Source: Planctomycetota bacterium
GTDB lineage: Bacteria > Planctomycetota > UBA1135 > UBA2386
DNA: 64,000 bases
Assembly (NCBI GenBank): GCA_965223545.1
Contig: OZ245006.1
Coordinates: forward strand, 2,816,001-2,880,000
Direction of reading: 5' to 3'
In this document: positions 39,957 through 49,433 of the stretch, piece by piece
Numbering within the stretch: the first letter of the stretch is position 1
Layout of the letters: each line of letters begins with the position of its first letter
Position numbers and translations under genes: made by a program
Notes under the pieces: generated by a model
What the model saw: the letters and a program-made list of their open reading frames with translations, nothing else
What the model was told of the DNA's origin: nothing
The model's database searches: none

Positions 39957-41945
39957 CCCAACTTCCGCAGTTCGACGGGTCGTCACGTTGAAAAGCAACG
40001 ACTTACGTCGATTGGTTGGCACTACATCGCGGTCGAACGGAGTGGCGCGGGGACGGATAGCCTCCTGGGTAGCTGGATGCCGAGCCGGTCGAGCAGGTGC
40101 GCCTGCGCCTCGTTGGGGGTGACCACGCAGCGGACCCGGAGTTCGCGGCCGTCAGTAGTTGGCAGGAGCACGTCTGCGCTTTGGACCTGACGGAGCTCCT
40201 CGAGGATGGCGGCCGGGCTGTTGCCGAGTCCGGCCTTCTCCTGCCAGAGCTCGAGCGTTTTCCACAAGGCGTAGGCGAGGAAGCAGACGAGGATGTGCGC
40301 CCTGACCCGGTCCTCGCGTTGATGCCACACCGGGCGGATCGACAGCTCGGACTTCTGGATCCGAAACGCGGACTCAGCATCAGTGAGCTGGATGTACGTC
40401 CGCCAAAGCTCCTCATCTGTCCAACCCGTCACGTTGGACCTGAGCAGGTAGCACCCGGCGCTCTGGTCCACCCAGTTCGTGTTCTCACAAGCCTCCACGG
40501 CAAGCCCCGATGGTCGATCCGGGGCTTCGATCAACGAAACCGAGAAGCACGTGGAGGCCCGCGAGTTCTGGGCCAAGATGCGTCCGATCTGTTGATTGAC
40601 GCGGTCCCGTTCGATCGACTTCTTCGACGCCGCCAGTCGGCGTTCGAGCGACGCAAGCCTCGCGCGAATGCGTTCGGCTGCTCGCGCGACAATTGCGGCG
40701 TCCTTCTCGATGCGCGCCTGGGAGCGACACAGGATGAACGTCTCCTCCCCGTCCTCGCTCGGGCAGAGCTTGACCTCGACATCCTCACGAATGCTGCGCC
40801 AGTCTCGACGGTCGACGATCTCCTGTTCGAAGCGGCGCAGGTCCGAACGCGATGCGCCGATGACGTACCGTCGCCTTCCCTCCTTCAACCATTTCAGGTT
40901 GCGCTTGCTCACCATTCCGCGGTCCATGACCCAGATGCGATCAGCAGCACCGAATCGCCGCTCCATCGTCTCGACGATCTCGCGGACCGTCGTGACGTCA
41001 GTCCGATTGCCGTCGAACACTTCGTGCGCAAGAGGGATTCCCTGTCTGGTCACGACCAGAGCGATGCAAACCTGTTTGCAGTCAGGCCGGTGATCTCGGC
41101 TGTAGCCACGCTGCGCCTGGGGGTTGCCCAGCATGAGGCCTTCGAAGTAGGTCGAGGTCACGTCGTAGAGCAGCAAGTCGTACTGAACGTCGAACAACTC
41201 GCCGAGCCGTGCGCGGAGATGCTGCTCCAGCGCCTCTTTGTGCGGCAGGATCTGGTCGAGAGCCCGGTAGAGCCGGTCGTCGTTGACCTTGCCTTCCGGC
41301 AGGCCAAGCAGGTCGTCAAGCGCGGTCTGGCGGTACAGGACTTCAGCCAGGTGCAGCTCGCTGGAGGGCATGCACAACCGACAGATGACCATCGCTGCCG
41401 CCATCGTCGACCACGGGACATCTTCACGGCCCCGCGGCATGAGCTCCCAGAGTGCGTCGTCGAACTTCAGTGCGTGCCACAGCGCCAGGCCGACGAAAAC
41501 GTCGCCGAAGCGGCGTGTCCGGTCGAGGCTGACCTCCTTCAAGCGAATCGACTCGACCGGGTCGTCGTCTGTCACCGGTGGCTCAAACAGGCTCGGGTGC
41601 ATTCGGCGACCGGTCATCCGATCTGCCAGCGCACGAGCCCGGCGTCGCCCCTTCGCATCCAGTTTGCCCAGCTGCGCGATCACCTCCTGCCGCACTCGAC
41701 GACCGTGCCGCACCGACCGAACGAGGAGCCAGTACTCGTGGGTCTTGCCGTTCTTTCTGACCGTCTTGCGTCGCAGGTACACGTCCGCCGCCTCGCACAC
41801 AGTTGTCGTGCTCCCTGCCACACCGATCAACGGGGCGGGTTGGCACTACACGGCCGATCTGCGCCGCCGCGACGGTGGATAGCGGGCTGGCGCCGCGCCG
41901 AGGCTCCGAATTGGCCTCAAAAATCGTCGAGCTGCGGAAGTTGGG
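39957..41945 (-). mobile_element. IS1634-family insertion sequence, complete
   Basis: 21-bp terminal inverted repeats with 1 mismatch (CCCAACTTCCGCAGTTCGACG at 39957-39977; CGTCGAGCTGCGGAAGTTGGG at 41925-41945), flanked by direct repeat TTAG (39953-39956, 41946-41949). Confidence 0.92.
40022..41782 (-). CDS. IS1634-family DDE transposase
   Basis: YLRRK...YWLLVRSVR, LYDVTSTYFEG, GYSRDHRPDCKQ, VMDRGM, YIQLTDAESAFRIQKSELSIRPVWH, HILVCFLAY. Confidence 0.95.
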   Translation of the reverse strand: MYLRRKTVRKNGKTHEYWLLVRSVRHGRRVRQEVIAQLGKLDAKGRRRARALADRMTGRRMHPSLFEPPVTDDDPVESIRLKEVSLDRTRRFGDVFVGLALWHALKFDDALWELMPRGREDVPWSTMAAAMVICRLCMPSSELHLAEVLYRQTALDDLLGLPEGKVNDDRLYRALDQILPHKEALEQHLRARLGELFDVQYDLLLYDVTSTYFEGLMLGNPQAQRGYSRDHRPDCKQVCIALVVTRQGIPLAHEVFDGNRTDVTTVREIVETMERRFGAADRIWVMDRGMVSKRNLKWLKEGRRRYVIGASRSDLRRFEQEIVDRRDWRSIREDVEVKLCPSEDGEETFILCRSQARIEKDAAIVARAAERIRARLASLERRLAASKKSIERDRVNQQIGRILAQNSRASTCFSVSLIEAPDRPSGLAVEACENTNWVDQSAGCYLLRSNVTGWTDEELWRTYIQLTDAESAFRIQKSELSIRPVWHQREDRVRAHILVCFLAYALWKTLELWQEKAGLGNSPAAILEELRQVQSADVLLPTTDGRELRVRCVVTPNEAQAHLLDRLGIQLPRRLSVPAPLRSTAM

Positions 41946-41988
41946 TTAGCGGAGTCCTTCCCGACCGTTCCGCGAGTCCGAGAACACG

Positions 41989-43098
41989 ATGCTGCACCGT
42001 CTCTCCCTTGCCGTTGGCGTCGCCGCTCTCGTGGCCGCGCCCCTCGCCGCCCAGAACCGCATCATCCTCCCCGTGGGCTACGCCAACACCGAGGCGCTGT
42101 CGAGCCATTCGTATCCGTTTGGCCGCGGCGGCAACCTGGGCTCCTTCGGCTGCCGGGTGCAGATGGCGTACGACACGGTCTACTTCACCGCGCAGGGCTT
42201 CAGCGCGAACCGACCGATCCAGCGCCTGCGCTGGCGCGCCGACGGCCTCAGCAATCCCAGCAGCTCGGGTGGGCGCTACGACGACGTCATCATCGAGATG
42301 TCCACCGCGGCGGTCGACCACCGGCGCCTGTCGAAGACCTTCGACCAGAACCACGGCGCGGATCGCACCACGGTCTACCGCGGGCCGATCACCCTGCTGC
42401 CCACCGGCACGCAGAGCCCCAACGTTTTCTACATCGACGTCACTCTGGACACGCCGTTCCCCTACGACCCGAGCACCGGCGGAGATTTGCTGATCGACGT
42501 CGGCGTCACCGACACGTGGACCGGCGGGACCGCGGCCCGTACCGACGCCGAGTCCGGTGGCAGCTTCGGCCGCAGCGTGGAGGCTTCGATGGTGATGCAC
42601 CGCTTCCACTACCGCGCCGTCACCGGCGAAGCGGTCCTCAACGACGTCGCCCACGTCGTCACCATCGACTTCGGCGGCGGCGGGCAGGCGACGGTCGGGC
42701 CGTATGGCCAGGGCTGCGGCCCGGCCGGAGCCGTCGCGGTGGACCTCACCTCGATCACCCGGCCGGTGACCGGCACCCGCTTCGACGTGGCCGCGCAGAA
42801 CCTGCCGGCGGGAACCGCCGGCGGCGCGTTCTTCCTGAGCCCGACGCAGGTGGTGCCGGGCCTCGACTTGAGCGCGCTGGGAGCTCCCGGCTGCGTCGCG
42901 TTGGTCGGCCTGGGTGGGGCCGCACAGTTGCCTCTGCAACCCTTGGGGCAGCTCGCGACCGCGAGCTTTCCGGTTCCGGCACTGCCGGCACTGGCAGGGG
43001 TCCGCGTCTTCGTGCAGGCGGCGGCGTTCGTGCCGGGCGTGAACCCGCTCGGAGTGCTGACGAGCAACGGGTTGGACGCGCAGATCGGCACGCTGTAG
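41989..43098 (+). CDS. Secreted hypothetical protein with shared C-terminal domain
   Basis: Signal peptide ending LAA-Q; PFPYDPSTGGDLLID motif; ends YGQGC...GC...VQAA...TSNGLDAQIGTL. Confidence 0.82.
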   Translation: MLHRLSLAVGVAALVAAPLAAQNRIILPVGYANTEALSSHSYPFGRGGNLGSFGCRVQMAYDTVYFTAQGFSANRPIQRLRWRADGLSNPSSSGGRYDDVIIEMSTAAVDHRRLSKTFDQNHGADRTTVYRGPITLLPTGTQSPNVFYIDVTLDTPFPYDPSTGGDLLIDVGVTDTWTGGTAARTDAESGGSFGRSVEASMVMHRFHYRAVTGEAVLNDVAHVVTIDFGGGGQATVGPYGQGCGPAGAVAVDLTSITRPVTGTRFDVAAQNLPAGTAGGAFFLSPTQVVPGLDLSALGAPGCVALVGLGGAAQLPLQPLGQLATASFPVPALPALAGVRVFVQAAAFVPGVNPLGVLTSNGLDAQIGTL

Positions 43099-43120
43099 GC
43101 GAGGCCACTATGATGGCGCA

Positions 43121-44260
43121 ATGCGCCATCGCCCGACCGCCGCCCTCGGCACCATCCTGCTCGCGTGCTGCCCAGCCGCCCAAACCACGTGGGTCGTCGC
43201 GCCGACCACCGGCGCCGGCGTGCACTTCACATCGATCCAGGCCGCGATCGACGCCGCCGCACACGGCGACACCGTCATTGTCCGAGCGGGCAGCTACAAC
43301 GAGGCGCCAAGCATCGGCAAGGGCATCACGTTGGTCGGCGACGCAGGTGCCACGATCACCTCGTTGTCCCCCATCAACCTCGACGTCGCCGGCGTACCGG
43401 CCGGCACGTCGCTCACGGTGCGCGGCCTCGGCTTCGGCCAAATCAGCCGCATCGCCATCCGCGAGTGCCGCGGGCAAGTTCACCTGGAGCAGATCGCGCA
43501 ACCGGTGACCACGGTGTCCAACGCGTTCTCGATCACCGACTGCGCTCAGGTCACGCTGACGCGATTGAGCGCCATCGGCTTCCCGGCGGTCACGGTCGCC
43601 GACAGCCACGTGGTCCTGACCGACTGCACCGTCGCCGCTGCCGGTTTCTTGACGACCTCGGTTGCGATGCTCGTCGACGGTGGCGAGACCACGGTCGTCG
43701 ACGGCACCTACCGCGGGGGATCCTCAGCTCTGGCGCCCGGCTCTCCCGCCATCGAGCTGCGGCAGGGCGGCCTGGTGCTCGCGGGGTCGAGCACTCTCGT
43801 GCAAGCGGGCGACGACCCTACCGGCGGTGCGGTCTCGGCGATCGGAACACTCGGGGGCAACGTCTCCGTCGACCCAGCGGTGATGCTGCGCACGACGAGC
43901 GGCGCACCGGGGATCGCCGGTGCCGCCTCGGTCGTCGTGCAGCCCGTGCCGTCGGTGGTGGCCGACGATCTACCATCGGGCGGCGACTGGCAGCTCACCC
44001 TGCACGCACCGGCGGGCAGCGCGTTCTGCTTGTTCGCGAGCCTGCCACAGCCTCGCCTCACGTCGCCGTGGGGTGAGGTGTGGTTCTCGCCAGCCACCCA
44101 CTTGGTCATCGCGTGCGGTCTGGTCGGACCCGGCGACGTCTTTGCCGCGAGCGTCCCGGTGCCGCCCCTGCCGCGCGGACTCGCTCTCGTGGCCCAAGCC
44201 GGCGTGGCGACTTCGGGCGCCATCGTCACCAGTGTCCCGGTGGTCACCGCAACCCCTTGA
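43121..44260 (+). CDS. Secreted parallel beta-helix/DUF1565-like protein
   Basis: FTSIQAAIDAAAHGDTVIVRAGSYNE motif; C-terminal domain ending AQAGV...VTSVPVV. Confidence 0.8.
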   Translation: MRHRPTAALGTILLACCPAAQTTWVVAPTTGAGVHFTSIQAAIDAAAHGDTVIVRAGSYNEAPSIGKGITLVGDAGATITSLSPINLDVAGVPAGTSLTVRGLGFGQISRIAIRECRGQVHLEQIAQPVTTVSNAFSITDCAQVTLTRLSAIGFPAVTVADSHVVLTDCTVAAAGFLTTSVAMLVDGGETTVVDGTYRGGSSALAPGSPAIELRQGGLVLAGSSTLVQAGDDPTGGAVSAIGTLGGNVSVDPAVMLRTTSGAPGIAGAASVVVQPVPSVVADDLPSGGDWQLTLHAPAGSAFCLFASLPQPRLTSPWGEVWFSPATHLVIACGLVGPGDVFAASVPVPPLPRGLALVAQAGVATSGAIVTSVPVVTATP

Positions 44261-44495
44261 GCCTCCGGCACCTCGAATCGTCGAGCGGCGACAACATTCT
44301 CGAGGCAACGTCGCCGCCTTGGCAGCGACGCTGCCGCGCCGGAGGCTCGGAGAGACAGTGCCTCCTGGCTCAGCGCGGCGGCGGATGTGTCGGACCTTCC
44401 ATCTGCTCTGGGAAGAGCGGCATCCGAGTTTGATATCTCCTAAGTCATGTCAAGGGGTTTTCGCTGGGGCTCGACATCGCGTGTGCACGGCTTGT

Positions 44496-45998
44496 TCAGG
44501 ACTCTTCCACAAGACCAGGGAAGTGTTCTTGCATGAGATCACCGATCGGGTGAGGTTGACGTGGGGATTCCACGGCCAGGCCTGTGGCGTCCATTGGGCG
44601 GCCACTCAAGTCCCTCGTCGTCGGAGTCCCCACTCGTCCCTGTCGCCGTTGGTCGCGCTCATGCCGCTGTGGCGCGACGATGCTGCGCGTGAACTTGGCT
44701 GCGATGAGCGCGCGCGCGGCAACCTTCGTGAGCTCGTTGCCGTCGGCGTCTCGCAGGACGTAGCGGACTTGCGTCGACGCCGGCTTGTCATCGGCGCGCT
44801 GGCTGTCGCGACGCTTCAGGAGGGCGTAGACGCGGCGCGCCATCTTGCCAGCCAATGCGATGAGGATGAGGTTGTGGTGATCACCTGCGGCGTAGCGGCG
44901 AGCGTAGTACGCCGCGAAATCCGGATCCCACTGGCGAGCGACGTCAGCTGCTAGGTAGAGGTACTTCTTGAGTACTCGTTGGCCGGTTTTGGTGATTGGC
45001 ATCGAGGGGTCGCTCATGCCCGTCTGCTTCCGGCGTGGACACAGTCCGCAGTAGCTCACGAACTTCTTGCCGTTCGAGAACCGCGCGATGTCGCCTACCA
45101 AGGCTTCGATGGCCGCAGCGATCGTGGGACCGACGCCGCGCAGTTGCTCGAGTGTTCGGTCAGGATCGACGCCCAGGTAGAGCTTCTTGATCTTTGCGTC
45201 GAGCTTGCGAACGTCCGTGTTCTTGCGCTCGATCTCATCCAGCTCGTACACCACATCCTCTTGGATGGCCTCGTAGTCGAACGGCATCTGCCCCGCAGCT
45301 CGCAGCTCAGCGTAGTACTCGGCGGCCTGTCGGCAGGACTCGAGCACGCGGTCGACCAAGCACGGGTCATGCGTTCCCTTGGATCGCTTCGTCAAGAAGC
45401 GCTCCAAGCGACTCTTCCCAAGGCCGACCGCTTTCACCGGATCGACGTAGCGCCGCAGAAACCCCATCTTAGCGGCACTGAACTTCTCTGCCCCCAAGGC
45501 CTTCATGAGGCTGGGATTCGCCAGTACCAGTATCGCGTGCACACGACGCTTGTGGTCGCTGAGCTCGCGCGCCAACCGCTCACGCCGCTTCACGAGTCGA
45601 CGGATCGTCGTCTCGTCGGCAGTTGGAACACGCAGCTGGTGGACGCCCTTTGGATCCATCTGCGGCAGACGCGCAGCGGCCTCGGCGTCTACTACGTCGG
45701 TTTTGGTGTGCTTGCTATAGAACTTCCGCAGGTCGCTCAGCTTCTGTGGTTTGCTCACGTAGATCTGGAACCCTGCGGCGTTCACGTGCGCCGCGATGGG
45801 CAGCCACGCCAACCCCGTTGGTTCCATCACGAAGCTCACCGGACCCTCGGCACCTTCCTGTGCACGGCGCAGCAGAAGGTCAATACCCTCACGGCTGTTC
45901 TCGACTGAAAACGGTCTGCCCCGAGACTTCGCACCATCCAGAACGACGGCTCGGTGCTTGCTCCTCAAGCCGAGATCCAATCCAACGAATCGATTCAT
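44496..45998 (-). CDS. IS110-family recombinase/transposase
   Basis: VGLDLG, VMEPTG, KTDVVDA (DEDD); LRGVG...FVSYCGLCP...ALAGKMARR; GGAGG RBS upstream. Confidence 0.95.
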   Translation of the reverse strand: MNRFVGLDLGLRSKHRAVVLDGAKSRGRPFSVENSREGIDLLLRRAQEGAEGPVSFVMEPTGLAWLPIAAHVNAAGFQIYVSKPQKLSDLRKFYSKHTKTDVVDAEAAARLPQMDPKGVHQLRVPTADETTIRRLVKRRERLARELSDHKRRVHAILVLANPSLMKALGAEKFSAAKMGFLRRYVDPVKAVGLGKSRLERFLTKRSKGTHDPCLVDRVLESCRQAAEYYAELRAAGQMPFDYEAIQEDVVYELDEIERKNTDVRKLDAKIKKLYLGVDPDRTLEQLRGVGPTIAAAIEALVGDIARFSNGKKFVSYCGLCPRRKQTGMSDPSMPITKTGQRVLKKYLYLAADVARQWDPDFAAYYARRYAAGDHHNLILIALAGKMARRVYALLKRRDSQRADDKPASTQVRYVLRDADGNELTKVAARALIAAKFTRSIVAPQRHERDQRRQGRVGTPTTRDLSGRPMDATGLAVESPRQPHPIGDLMQEHFPGLVEES

Positions 45999-46009
45999 GT
46001 CCCCTCCAT

Positions 46010-46340
46010 GTTCAACGAGTGAGTGTCGACGAGAGGACTCTCCCTACCCGCGCAGTCCGCCTGAGGAGGCGAGTCGCCAAAACGGTTCGTGTTTCGGGGC
46101 CGTGATTTCTCACGCCGCCAATCTCCTAAATCGGGTCCCCCACGCGGGAGGAGAGTCGCAGAACCAAATGAGGGGCCGCTCGAAGCGCCACCATTGCGGC
46201 AGATCGCGAAACCTCTCCGTCGCACGCCGGGGGACCCTAAGCTCTCTTGCGGCCGATGACCAGACTCCCGACACGACTCCTGCGGCTGCACCATCGCGCG
46301 AGTCTTCCACACCGCTACGGCGCGACGGGTGTGGAGAACT
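46010..46340 (-). ncRNA. Putative IS110 bridge RNA region (copy 2)
   Basis: Non-coding region upstream of the recombinase, with hairpins (e.g. CGTGA-GAAA-TCACG). Contains GATTTAGGAGAT (46121-46132), matching the element end GACTTAGGAGAT (44435-44446) at 11/12. Confidence 0.6.
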
Positions 46341-46449
46341 CTAGCTTCGCAGATCATGGAACCACACATACCGTTGCGGCCGTGGCCGTGCTGAGTCGCT
46401 GGTGATCCGGGGGGGTTACCCTCCCGACGATCAACAGTAGTAGCTCCCC

Positions 46450-47490
46450 GTGACGCTCGGGGAGCATCGGCAGGCGAGCGGAATCGCGATGGTCGCCGCG
46501 GGTGCGGTCGCATGTTTGGCGTGGCTCTGTCTCGACAGGTCCGAGTCACCGCGCCGAATCGAGACGGCGAACCCTTCGGTCCAGCCAGCGGCGACAAGAA
46601 CGCCGCAACGAAGCGCCCGAAGAGAACTGCGCGCCGTGGAGGCCCGGAGTTCGCGGCGCCCGACGCCGCTCAGCGTACAGCACCCCGACGTACCCGAATG
46701 CGTCGAAGTGGAGATCCGCAATCAAATCGGACGCCGCGTCGACAACGCCGAACTCATGTTCTGGGGGACCAAGCCCAAGATCGTCGCGCACAGCGGACCG
46801 GACGCCATCATCCGCGTCGAGATTCCCAAAGGGGCGCCCACCGACGGACTCGTCACGGTGGACGCACCAGGCTATGTCCCGGCGCGCGTGAACTCGGAGC
46901 GCATCGCCGGGTGGGGACTCCATCAGCGCGCGACGATCACCGTGCATCGCGGGCCACCGCTCGGGCTGCGCGCCCTGGATCACGCCGGCCGACCTTCGAG
47001 TGGCGTCCTGGTGCTGGCAAGCATGATCGACGCACCCCCCGAGTCGCTGCGCGTTTGGGCATATCCCCACGCAACGACCGACGAAGATGGGTGGGCGGAC
47101 TTCGGCAGGCTGCTAAGGGGCACTTGGAAGTTCGAAGTGCGGGCTCATCGGCGATCGACGTCCGTCACGAGGACGATCGAGCTCGGTGGCGACGCCCCGG
47201 TCGTTCTCATCGTCGAGCGTCCCGAGATTGGCCTACACCGGTATGCGTCAGGCCATGTAGTGCCTCGTATTCTCGACGACCACGCTCCCACACTCCTGCA
47301 AGTCGAGGTGAAGGGCGGCATGACGCACCCCGTTCATGCCGACGGACAATTCTTCCTGTGGTCGGTCTTCGAGAAGCCTGAAGGCGTGAGGCTGCGAACG
47401 CATGCCGCCAAGATCGCGCGCGAGGCATCCAGAGTCGGCGAGTGGGTGACCGTGCGGCCGGGGCACCACAGCGTGTCGCTGGCGTGGTGA
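46450..47490 (+). CDS. Membrane-anchored protein with carboxypeptidase-regulatory-like (transthyretin/Ig-like) domains
   Basis: N-terminal TM; VDAPGYVP, ATTDEDGWADFGRLLRGTWKFEV. Start uncertain. Confidence 0.6.
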   Translation: MTLGEHRQASGIAMVAAGAVACLAWLCLDRSESPRRIETANPSVQPAATRTPQRSARRELRAVEARSSRRPTPLSVQHPDVPECVEVEIRNQIGRRVDNAELMFWGTKPKIVAHSGPDAIIRVEIPKGAPTDGLVTVDAPGYVPARVNSERIAGWGLHQRATITVHRGPPLGLRALDHAGRPSSGVLVLASMIDAPPESLRVWAYPHATTDEDGWADFGRLLRGTWKFEVRAHRRSTSVTRTIELGGDAPVVLIVERPEIGLHRYASGHVVPRILDDHAPTLLQVEVKGGMTHPVHADGQFFLWSVFEKPEGVRLRTHAAKIAREASRVGEWVTVRPGHHSVSLAW

Positions 47491-47579
47491 GCGGCGTTGG
47501 CTCGACTCGACCCGGCGATTCGCGGTGCCGATACAATCCGGTGACGCAGGAACCCCGGGGAATCGACTCCAATCCCCCC

Positions 47580-48719
47580 ATGCTTCGCACTCTTCTCCAC
47601 GCGCGCGGCTTCCGCCTCTGCTTGGCGATCGCCATCGCGATCTCGTCCGCACCGGCCTCGACCGCCGCGCAAGAAGCCGATCCCGCCGACGCCTGGCGCA
47701 CCCGTCTCCTCGAGATCGCCGAGACCTACACCCAGTGGGAACGCGTCGACGACGAAGCGCCGCGTTGGGCGCCGGCCAACTGCCGCTTGCCGTCGCGAGG
47801 CACCGGCCGGTTCAGCGAGGCGGAAGCCCTCACGGCACACGGCCGCAAGCTCTACTACCTGTACGCGCTGCACGCGGCGGCCTACCGAGAGACGCGCCCC
47901 GACATGGGTCTGCCGGGGCAAGTGCTCGTCAAGGAGGCGTGGCAGCCAGAGGAAGTCGAGCGCGACCGTCCACCGCACGACTTCGAAGTCGACGAGCGCT
48001 CCGACCGGCCGTTCGCGCACCGCGGCGGCAAGGTCTATCGCGCCGGCGCCCCCGCCGGTCTGTTCGTCATGTTTCGCGAGCCGGCCGACGTGCCGGGCAC
48101 CGACGACGGCTGGGTCTACGGCACACTCGACCAGGGCGGGCGCGTCACCGCCGCCGGCCGGCTGCAGAGCTGCGTGGATTGCCATCGCTTCGCGCCGCAC
48201 GGGCGCCTGTTCGGCGTCGAGCTCGAGCCGACGCCGATGCTCGAGTTCTACCCGCCGCCCGCGGGCACGGCAGAGCGATGGGAGGACATTCAGAACCGCA
48301 TCGCCAAGAGGTTCGCGGAGGTGCCGCAGCTGTCGCTCGAGCACTACCGGCGGCGCGCGGCCGACTCCCCACCACCGGAGCTCATCGACGTGCGGGCGCG
48401 CGAGGAGTTCGAGGTGGCGTGGATCCCCGGCGCACGGCACGTCGCGCATGGACCCGACTTCGTCGACGCGTTCGACGGCGTGCCGCGCGACCGCGAGATC
48501 GTCCTGTACTGCTCGGTCGGCTGGCGCTCCTCGGCCGCGGCGCAGGAGCTGCGCGCGGCGGGGTTCACCGACGTCTCCAATCTCGACGGATCGATCTTCG
48601 CGTGGGCCAACGCGGGCCGGCCGCTGCGCAACGCGCAGGGCTACACCTACCGCGTCCACGGCTACGACGCAGAGTGGAGCCAGCTGCTGCGGCCCGAACG
48701 GCGCGCGCCGCTGCCGTGA
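47580..48719 (+). CDS. Secreted cytochrome P460-like c-type heme domain fused to a rhodanese domain
   Basis: Signal peptide; GQVLVKE, LFVMFR, DGWVYG, CVDCH; then LIDVRAREEFEVAWIPGA, LYCSVGWRS, NLDGSIFAW. Confidence 0.82.
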   Translation: MLRTLLHARGFRLCLAIAIAISSAPASTAAQEADPADAWRTRLLEIAETYTQWERVDDEAPRWAPANCRLPSRGTGRFSEAEALTAHGRKLYYLYALHAAAYRETRPDMGLPGQVLVKEAWQPEEVERDRPPHDFEVDERSDRPFAHRGGKVYRAGAPAGLFVMFREPADVPGTDDGWVYGTLDQGGRVTAAGRLQSCVDCHRFAPHGRLFGVELEPTPMLEFYPPPAGTAERWEDIQNRIAKRFAEVPQLSLEHYRRRAADSPPPELIDVRAREEFEVAWIPGARHVAHGPDFVDAFDGVPRDREIVLYCSVGWRSSAAAQELRAAGFTDVSNLDGSIFAWANAGRPLRNAQGYTYRVHGYDAEWSQLLRPERRAPLP

Positions 48720-48841
48720 TCGCGGGTCGCGGCGCACGGAGCTTTGCCCCATTTCGAAACCGTGCACCGTCGCTACGGCTACGGCGGCCACCGAGGCCCC
48801 CCCTTTTGCCTTACCCTGGCCCGCACCCGAGGAAACCGCTC

Positions 48842-49303
48842 ATGAAATTCACCCTCTCCGTCGCGCTCGCCGCAGCGCTGTTCTGCACCGCACCGCTCGC
48901 CGCCCAGGGCTCCCAAGCCGCGATCGGCGGCGGCTGTCCCAACCGCTCGACGCCAACCGTGTCCGGCAGCCTCACGATCGGCACGACGGCGCGCGTCGAT
49001 GACATCGGCTGCTTCGCCGGTCAGTCCGGCTTCGGCGTGCTGTTCTTCGGCTCGCGGTTGCCGGCGAGCCAGTGGGTGACGGTCACGCTCTCCGCGTCGA
49101 TCACCGGCGCCCAGCCGTGTGACGTCGTCCTGCTTCCCGCAATCGGTGTACCGGTGGGCGCCAGCGGCGCGCTGGCCGTGCCGATCCCCAACAACCCGGC
49201 CCTGCAGGGGGCCCAGGTCAGCCTGCAGGCGTTCTGCAACGAGTGCGGGTTTGCCGGCTGCTTCGACGTCCTGACCCAGGGACTCGAGATCACCATCGGC
49301 TGA
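48842..49303 (+). CDS. Small secreted protein consisting only of the shared C-terminal domain
   Basis: MKFTLSVALAAALFCTAPLAA-Q signal, then IGGGC...PC...VPIPNNPALQGAQVSLQA...TQGLEITIG. GAGG RBS. Confidence 0.82.
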   Translation: MKFTLSVALAAALFCTAPLAAQGSQAAIGGGCPNRSTPTVSGSLTIGTTARVDDIGCFAGQSGFGVLFFGSRLPASQWVTVTLSASITGAQPCDVVLLPAIGVPVGASGALAVPIPNNPALQGAQVSLQAFCNECGFAGCFDVLTQGLEITIG

Positions 49304-49433
49304 TCTTGCGCTGGTGCCGGCGCGATCGACCAGCCGGCACGCGGGCAGGCAGAACAGCTATGCTGGATCTGCCAAGCGTCGCGCGAGACCCAGCGCCGCG
49401 GCCGCGACGGCTCTTCACGACCGAGGAAGGACC

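Larger units (their letters stand above)
44433..46350 (-). mobile_element. IS110-family insertion sequence (copy 2, divergent from copy 1)
   Basis: Recombinase plus ~350-nt upstream non-coding region. Downstream end reads CTTGACATGACTTAGGAGATA on the minus strand, including an outward-facing TTGACA. Upstream boundary approximate. Confidence 0.75.

Noticed and set aside
40097..42493. 798-aa plus-strand ORF
   Set aside because: Antisense to the IS1634 transposase and crosses the IS boundary.
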